Below, in pieces: positions 51,346 through 64,000 of a stretch of 64,000 nucleotides of DNA (positions are counted from its first letter, which is position 1; each line of letters begins with the position of its first letter). Where the stretch lies: NCBI RefSeq assembly GCF_009914755.1, contig NC_060933.1, one strand, 5' to 3'. The translations under genes were made by a program, and so were the position numbers. The notes beneath the pieces were generated by a model that worked only from the letters and a program-made list of their open reading frames with translations, searched no databases and had not been told where the DNA came from. The DNA comes from the human T2T-CHM13v2.0 reference genome, Homo sapiens.

Positions 51346-52049
51346 AGGGGCAACCACTTTTCAAAACTGATGGGCGATCTGGCCACATTGTGTCTTTAAA
51401 GCTCTTCTTCTTCAAGATCTGCACAAACATCTACTTATTTACTTATTTAAATGATCACTCTGGGCCTGGGTGGAGGGTGGGCCCCTCCCAGAGCTCAGGC
51501 TGGCTCAGGGTTCCCAGCCTTGTCTGCTCATCAGAATCACCTGCTGAGCCTTCCCAGGCCCCACCTCAGAGGGGCTGGAACACTGATTGCTTTAAAGCCC
51601 CTGAGGTGATTCTGATGTGTAGTTAGGTTTGAGGACCCCCAGGCTAGATGCAGAATCTGAAGCCCAGAAAGGTAGAGTGACTTGTCCCAGATCACACAGT
51701 TTAAGCCTCGGGGAGAAGTCAGGTGTCTGGATCCTGATTTTCCATTCCTACGGCTGCTCCACGTTCTCTCCTTTCCTTTCAGAGTTGCCTTTTTAATTTT
51801 AATATGATTTCATTCCTTCTTTCACTGCATCTATATTTAAAGTATGTTAATAGTGTACAGTAGCTATGCAATGAAATTACCAAGCATTTAGAAAATACAA
51901 AGGAAAACAACATATTTCCATTCCCCAAACACCAGTTCAATTAGTACTATTTTAATATTCCTTGAGATCCTGTTTTCTACTTCTACATATAAAATTTTCT
52001 CCATTTATAAATATGAGTTTATATGTTTGCATATTTAAAATGTTTATTT

Positions 52050-52622
<573 letters not shown>

Positions 52623-52751
52623 GCATATTTTAAAATTTTATAATCCAGCTGTTCCACCTTACTATAAAGTCTCTATTGATTTTATATTACTTTTAAAAGT
52701 AACATAAGTTCACTGAAAATTTCAAGGAAATATATACAAAATAAAAAATGG

Positions 52752-53387
<636 letters not shown>

Positions 53388-53616
53388 CCATCGCAGTTTC
53401 TAGAGGAAATCTTTTCTATGCATTTTCTGAAATGGGATTATATGACAGGTGCAGTTCTGTAATTTGTTCTTTGTTTCTTTTTTTACGTAAAAGAATGCCT
53501 TGGTCATCTTTCCATGTCAGTGTATACTGATCTACCTCATTCATAGTATCCCATTGAATGGATATTCCATAATTCAGTTAACTGATCTCTCATGAGACAT
53601 TTAAAAGCCTTTTCTA

Positions 53617-53987
<371 letters not shown>

Positions 53988-54250
53988 CTACTATCTGGTC
54001 CCTGCTGCCCTTCCGAGGGGCACCTCCCCCATGCCAGTGTCCTAGTGCACATACTGTGCTCTGAAGACAGAGGACTGGGGAGGAATTCTGTCATTGCCTC
54101 CCAGACATGTGGTTTACAAAAAAAGAAAAGCCCAAAAGGAGTGACACTGATAATTCACCTCATATCCAAGGCAACTCAAAGAACAGGGAGGCCAAGCCCA
54201 GGATGTGCCTGATCGAAATGTGCTTTTAGAAATCTCCAAAGCTGTCATAA

Positions 54251-54671
<421 letters not shown>

Positions 54672-55298
54672 CTCATTTTGTTTTCAAACATCAAAGAAGC
54701 AAATGAAGTGGAAACGCATTGCCAAATGAGTAAATTTTACAGAGAGCAATTTAGCAGTATTTCAAGAGCCTTAAATATGCTCTTGAACTTTGGACCCAGA
54801 GATGCTATCTTAGGGAAACTAGCCTCAGAAAACAATTTGTGCAGAAACATTAAGAGCCCAAGCCCTGGAGACAACTGCCAGGGTATGAATCTTGAATTCA
54901 CTGTTGTCTAGCGTGTGGCTCTGGACAGGTTATCCCCCGCGGTCTGTTTCCTCATCTCTAAAGTGAGAATAATACCTGTACCTCCTCACTGGGCTGCTTT
55001 AAAGATTGAGTGAATTGACTGACACCAGCCATTTAGAAAAGAGCCTAGAAGGCTTTGTAAAAGTTAGCTATTATCACTTGTAATAGCAAACGTTGATGGG
55101 GAATTGGTAAAATAAATGACGGGATATTATGGGGCCATGAAACATCACCATGGAAAATTATTAGATATCTCTGGCCTGTAAAGATTATGGGCATTTTTAA
55201 TATTTTACAAATTTTATAAACTTTTCTATCATAAGTATCAATTACTTCTATAATCAGGAATTGTTTTTAATAAAGAAGCATCTTAGGGTATATATGTA

Positions 55299-55949
<651 letters not shown>

Positions 55950-56419
55950 GCTGCACCCTCCATGGTAATGCTTTTCTTCCACATCAGTGCTCCCTCAATG
56001 CAGTTTCCTGCTCTCTGGGTATCTCCAGACGTGTGGCCCTTCTCCCATCACAACTGTCCCACTCTTCACTTCCCTCCTCTCCTCCCCCTTACATGGCCTC
56101 CTCTCAGCACGGGATTCTGTGAACTCAAGCTCAACTGTAAAAAGGCATAAAGCATTATGCTTGCCACAAGAATGTACGTTTTACCAGGAAACAAAGGATG
56201 AAATTCCTAAGAGTGGCATCTTGGGCAACACCAAGACAATGGAGGAAGCTGTGGAATAAGCAGGAAGGAAAATGGCTTCCTGATGCTCCTGAAATCAAAG
56301 CCTGTTAATTCATTCGGTTGAGTTATTCATTCTGGCTCAGCTCAAAACCACTGACAGCTCAAAGTGAGAAAAACCTTATTTCCTAAGAGGTACAAAACTT
56401 GCTAAAATAAACATGAATG

Positions 56420-56682
56420 TTGGGAGGCCAAGGAGGGCGGATCACTTGAGGTCACGAGTTTGAGATCAGCATAACCAACATGGTGAAACCCGCCTCTCTA
56501 CTAAAATACAAAAATTAGCTGGGCATAATGGCGCGCACCTATAATCCCAGATACTTTGGAAGCTGAGGCAGGAGAATCACTTGAACTCGGGAGGTGGAGG
56601 TCGCAGTGAGCTCAGATCTCGCCACTGCATTCTAGCCTGAGTGATGGAGTGAGACTCCATCTCAAAAAAACAACAACAAAAA
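56420..56682 (+). mobile_element. 5'-truncated AluS
   Basis: TSD AACATGAATG. Confidence 0.92.
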
Positions 56683-56999
56683 ATGAACATGAATGAAGAA
56701 GCCAAGTGAGAGGCAGGGTGGAAGAGGGTTGGAGAAAGAGCTAGTTCACCCAGGAGAGTTTTATTATTTGTAATATCAGATAGGGTTTAAATGAGCCTTT
56801 AGGGTGTCAAAAAGGAGTCTCAGGGGAATATGCCAATTCCTTAGTGAGGGCAAGAAAAACAACAATGACCTCTAAGAACTAGACATGCCTGGCTTGCTGC
56901 CCGCTACGGGTAGAAGGAGGAAAAGGATGAACGCCCTTTTGAGTTCAGAGGGCACTGTCCTGGGAAAAGGAAATGATTAGAATTTACATCTGAGCCCAG

Positions 57000-58250
57000 G
57001 TTTGTAACAAAGAAATTACTTCATAATTTAAAAATTATTCATCCCTGCCTATGCTGTGGCCTCATCCCAGGAAGTAGCAAGTCAACTGTATCCAATGAGG
57101 GATTAAAGATAATAAATAAAAGAGTAGCAATTAATTGTGCATCCTGATTTAACAGGCTGGGTTGCCTGAGTCATGCTTGTGTGGCTTATCAAATTTAGCT
57201 CTATTACGACTGTCTTGTATTTCAACTGATGTCTGTGCTCACATCTGAAGGCACTTGTACCACAAGGCGCTTTCAAATAGAAAAGAATTTAAACATATAG
57301 ATTGTTATAGGATTCTATCATTCTTACAGCACGAGCCAAAAGTGTTGGAAATGGCAGTTTAATGAGTCATGCAAAGCGGCTCAGTATTCAAAGTCAGTGA
57401 TTCAATTACGTTTCCCCCTCCAAAGGCCATTGGCGGCAGAGCGATAAAGTTGTTTTTGAAATGCCTTGGTTCTGACTTGCCTTTTTGTAATTCTTGCCCA
57501 TTTTCTTGCACTTTAAAAAGCAAAGGCATCCCAGTGGCCCAAACCCCAGGTCACCTGATAATCAGAATCATTATCAGAGCCAAACAAGAAAAATAAATGC
57601 ATCGTAACGGTGAGGGGATTGGCAAGAGGGGACTTTAAATGCAGTGCCCACAATGAATCCACCCCTTCCTGTACTCTTCTTGCCAGAGCAGAACTGGGAG
57701 GTGAGTGTGGGAAAGGGCTCTTGCTGAAATGTGGGGACAAATGTGCTCCTCTCTGGCCCTGTCAGCGTCCTCGGCCCAAGACCTTTGAAGGTGCCCTCGA
57801 CAGCCCCAACAGGTAAAGATTTCTCTGCTTGAATGCCAAATCGCATTTTAACAGTGCACTAATTCTTTCATTTGCTGCCCTACATGTTTTTATCCTCAGG
57901 CCATAATTTTACCTGCCAACTCAGGTAAATAGCCTTTAATAGGACAAAGGCTTTAAAAGGTTATACTGTACTGGATTTTGTGCTGAGACTGTGTACTTTC
58001 ACTGCTGAGTCCTCAGAAGAGAGATTTTGTCATCTAAACCAAGTGTGAGTCGCCCCAAAAGGCCCCCTTCTTGTAGCGCTTTGGGAAGGGAAGGGTGGCT
58101 CTATCGCCCATCAGACGGCTTGGCCACTGCTCCTTCAGAAAATGCTTTCCTCCCCTTGGTGTGAGTGAGCCGGGAGGCTGGAGACTGTCCCCACTGTGTC
58201 CACTCGTCATCTTCCTCCATAACATCACTGCACACTGTTATGCATGAGTA
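57000..58250. promoter_or_regulatory. Candidate enhancer (repeat-free island with AP-1 sites)
   Basis: TGAGTCA at ~57167, ATGAGTCAT at 57362-57370, GATAAA, GGGGACTTT; no recognisable repeat. Confidence 0.35.
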
Positions 58251-58769
58251 TTAGACCTGATGGGCTGGAGACAGCTAAAGGAAATCACAACTTAGAAGAG
58301 AAGAATTTAAAATTGAACAGGAACGTGACTTTTCCCCTATACAAAGGTATAGCTCTCAAAAAAGAAAAGGAACAAAATGTAAAATAACTGCCATGTATTA
58401 TACCACCTAGAAATCAAAGAAAAACATGAAAACCTGCGCAAAATACAAAGAATTTATCAAGATGCTTACATTCAGTTCCTAGCTCCTCCCTCCAACAGCA
58501 TTAATATGGGGTAGCATAATTTGTCGATAACACACCATAGTTGGGCAAAGCCAGACCATTCAGAGTCTCCAGAAACCACATGGGCTTTAATTTGAATTTT
58601 GTGACATCTTTGTAATTTGTAGTTTGGCAATTTGTGGCACTCAAGCCCACAGCCACAAATTGGCTTCAGATGAATATCACCTATTGATGGGCTTTATTTC
58701 TTCTATATTTTCCAAGACACAGTCACATATTTTTGGACTCTCTAATTCATTAGCTATCTAGCAGGCACA

Positions 58770-59050
58770 GATATTATATTAGCTTGCTAGGGTTTCGTAC
58801 AAACTGGGTGGCTTACACAACAGAAACTTGCTGTCTCACAGTTCCAGAGGCTAGAAGTCCAAGATGAAGGTGTCAGCAGGGTTGGTTCCTTGTGAGATGT
58901 AAGGAAAGGATCTATTCCGGGCCACTCCCCTGGGTTCTGATGTCTGCTGGCAATCTTTGCTGTTCCTTGGCTTGCAGAAGCATCACCCTCATCTTTGCTT
59001 TCATCTTCATGTGTTCTCCCTGTGCGCATGTCTGTGTCCAAACTATTTCC
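58770..59050 (-). mobile_element. MLT1C-like LTR fragment
   Basis: gtctcacagttccagaggctagaagtccaagatgaaggtgtcagcagggttgg. Confidence 0.8.
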
Positions 59051-59383
59051 TTGTTTTGCTTTGTTGTTGTTGTTTTTGATTTTTGTTTTTGCTTTTTTGA
59101 GACGGAGCCTCGCTCTGTCACCAAGGCTGGAAGTGCAGTGGTGTGATCTCGGCTCACTGCAATCTCCACCTCCCAGGTTCAAGAGATTCTTATGCCTCAA
59201 CCTCCTGAGTAGCTGGGACTACAGGCAACCGCCACCACGCCTGGCTATTTTTTTTGTATTTTTAGTAGAGATGGGGTTTCACCAGGTTGGCCAGGCTGGT
59301 CTTGAACTCCTGACCTCAGATGATCCGCCTGCCTCAGCCTCCCAAAGTGCTGGAATTACAGGCGTGAGCCACTGTGCCTGGCC
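59050..59383 (-). mobile_element. AluS
   Basis: Reverse Alu. Confidence 0.95.
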
Positions 59384-59609
59384 TACATATTGACACTCAG
59401 GGATATTTGTTAAGAGGACATGCTTTTCACGGGGAAAATGGTTAAGTAAATTATTATCCACTTGATGGAATTGTATGTATTGATTTTAAATGATGGCTTT
59501 GAGCTCTATGTAATGACATGGAGAAAGTGTATTAATAATGTCAAAGAGAAAAAGGCAGAAGGATAAATGTGTTCTTACAAACTCATATACAATGATTAAC
59601 AGTTATAAT

Positions 59610-61051
<1,442 letters not shown>

Positions 61052-61169
61052 AAAAGGAAGGCAATACCTCAAATCGCTAGCATTTTCTACAAAGATACCT
61101 GAGTTAAGATTGTTTTTTTCTCTTTCTTAATATTTTTATATGCTTTCTATAATATTATTTCCCTCCCTC

Positions 61170-61400
<231 letters not shown>

Positions 61401-61444
61401 TAGATGGTTCACCTCAACGTGAATCAGTCTTTCTTTAAATATGG

Positions 61445-61924
<480 letters not shown>

Positions 61925-62569
61925 ATGGGCTCATACTTGCAAAGCAGTCAACCTTCTTTCTGGAGAGGTGCTTAGTTATTATATCAATTGTAAATAGTTT
62001 GCTTTGATCTAAAGGCAAATCTAATTGCATTAAATAAAGATCATATAAAACTGCTAACAACAGTGTTGGTGAAATGGGCAGCTTAAGGAAGGGAAGAAGA
62101 AAAAAAGAAATTCACCAAATCCAAAACAAAAAAAAACCCAAAAACCAAAACAAAAAAACGACAAATGGAACTCCAAATGAATGGCGTATTTATGCCACCT
62201 ACTGGATTCTTGTTGCACTGCTTAGTTGTGCCCTAATTTCCAGGGTTCTTTCTTGTCCTCTGACAATCCACAAATCTACCAGTCTTTTTAATACCCAACT
62301 GGACTTCCTTCCTTCCTTAAAGTTCCAGAACTGTTAATTGATGTGTACTGGGCACATCTGGAAATCAACTCATTCTGCAAGTCCTTGCTCAAGGCTCCTC
62401 CTCTGCAAAACCCTACCTGACCCACTGAGGTGCAGGATCAACCCCTCCTTCGGCCAAGTCTTTCTCCTCAGTTGCCAGCTCACCTAACCTTGTGTCGTGA
62501 GGGCTGGTGTGTCTGTCTCCCGCTTAGCGTGTAAGTACCTAAGTGCACATTGCTTCTTCCTACCTGCTT

Positions 62570-62790
62570 TGTACCTGGAGTGTCATAAGGATGGTGTTAA
62601 TTCAGTCAGACCTTGTTCAAGTGCTACAATTAATTCTATCCTCACAATCCTATGAGTAGAGATTATCATGCCTGTTTCACAGATAAGGAAACCAAGGCAC
62701 AGAAGGGTTAAGGAACTTCACCAAAGTCACCAAGGTAGAAATGGCAGGGCAGTCTTCAGGCCAGGCAGTCCAGCTCCCTGTGTCCTTCGT
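62570..62790 (-). mobile_element. MIR
   Basis: cagataaggaaaccaaggcacagaagggttaaggaactt. Confidence 0.75.
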
Positions 62791-62869
62791 TGCTATGCTC
62801 CCAGCCACTTGATGAAAACTGAGGTATCCTCTGTGTTTCATTTATGAAACTGGCCCTGTGTTCACCTGT

Positions 62870-63380
62870 CACAGACGGCCACCATCCTAGGCTGTAGTGC
62901 TGCCCTCCAGGTCCCCTGTGCCCTCTTCTCCACTCTGCTCTGTGTCCCAAAATCTGGCCTCTATGGACTGCATCAACAGGCCCCTTGTCCTCTAGCTTTA
63001 GTTTGCGTGTGGTCATAAAAGGTACCCTTAAAAGTAGGAGGGTAGGACAAGGGCAAGGAAGGAGTCTTTCTTTCCCTGGTTTTCTCCCTGCTGGGTGACC
63101 AGAGGTTGGCTGCAGGTCTCTGCTGAAGCCAAGGCCTCTGCCAGATGGCATTCTCCAAAGCTTCAGCCCCTTTCTTGGGTTCCTAGGACTATTCCTTGTC
63201 CCTTCAGGTGTCGGATGGTGGTGGCTCCCTTTGTTGCCATCCCCGGGGAGGCCTGTTGCTATCCCATGTTGGTTTCCCTTAACCTTCCTCAAACTTCTGT
63301 AAATTATCTCTTTATTAAATTCTCCTCCATTCCCCACCTAAGGGTACCACCCTCCTCCTGTCAGTAGCCTAACTCACATA
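62870..63380 (+). mobile_element. LTR33 (ERVL) solo LTR
   Basis: ccactctgctctgtgtccc...tatggactgcatcaac...ctttattaaattctcctc. Confidence 0.7.
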
Positions 63381-63881
63381 GCCTCCAAATACTTTACCCA
63401 CCTGCTGAAATTCCTCCCCCCTGCTCAAATCCCACCACTCAGTTTTTGGGAGTTACAGATATCCTTTGCTGAAAGGCAAATGCTAGGAATCCCAAGCCAA
63501 TAATAACTATTTATCAGATTGCTTTCCAACCCTGATTCAGGAGGAATAAGTTTTATACTGGGTAATAGGAACAAGGGAGCAGGCCAGGAGTGGAAGAGAA
63601 GGGGAATGAGAGGTGAGATGGCCCCAAGGACAAAATTCGCATAGATACTAAGAACACTTCCAGAGGATGCTATCCTCTGCAGTGGCTGCAGCCTGGGAGC
63701 TGTGTGGGGAACAGAGATGAGTACGATTCACAGCTCTGCTACTTAAAAGTTGACAGCTGTTAACTTCTCAGAGCCTCTCTTAATTTATAAAAGGTGAACA
63801 ACAGTAGTATATGCTTCATAGGGTTGTTCTGAGGATTAAACAAATAATGCAGGCAAAATGCTTACTGCAGTGACCATCCAA

Positions 63882-64000
63882 GCCAACATGGTGAAACCCT
63901 GTCTCTACTAAAAATACAAAAAAATTAGCTGGGCGTGGGCGTGGTGGCTTGTGCCTGTCGTCCCAGCTACTAGGGAGGCTGAGACAGAAGAATCGCTTGA
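63882..64000 (+). mobile_element. Alu fragment (5'-truncated, cut by the window end)
   Basis: gccaacatggtgaaaccc... Confidence 0.9.

Noticed and set aside
58628-58662. 11-bp stem hairpin CAATTTGTGGC/GCCACAAATTG
   Set aside because: Too short for a pre-miRNA and lacks other support.
62756-63337. 193-aa - strand ORF
   Set aside because: Antisense read-through of an LTR33/MIR relic; no protein-family similarity.

Overview
Human genomic DNA (a diagnostic AluYb8/9 is present). The first ~1.4 kb looks like the distal 3' UTR and poly(A) site of a + strand gene that I cannot name from sequence alone. The remaining ~62 kb is repeat-dense non-coding sequence: about 50 Alus, a full-length decayed L1PA7/8-like element with TSDs (21919-28332), an older L1MA-type element carrying a MER11 solo LTR and four Alus, many MaLR/ERV LTRs, MER5A/MER2 DNA transposon relics, and MIR/L2 fragments. 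A 5'-truncated HNRNPA1 3'-UTR retrocopy lies at 60450-61051. No intact protein-coding exon is supportable; the ORF track is Alu/L1/LTR read-through. I see no evidence for a new multi-gene system. The most unusual signals are local rearrangements: (1) a ~305 bp inverted duplication of an L1 3' end with an 83 bp perfectly identical, G4-containing core (38.5-39.7 kb); (2) a 173 bp locally templated insertion inside an Alu (48993-49165, copied from 49826-49998); (3) an ancient ungapped ~76% direct duplication 1280 bp apart carrying M-box/AP-1 motifs; (4) a very young truncated AluYb8/9. Repeat subfamily names come from recalled consensus sequences and should be confirmed with RepeatMasker/Dfam.
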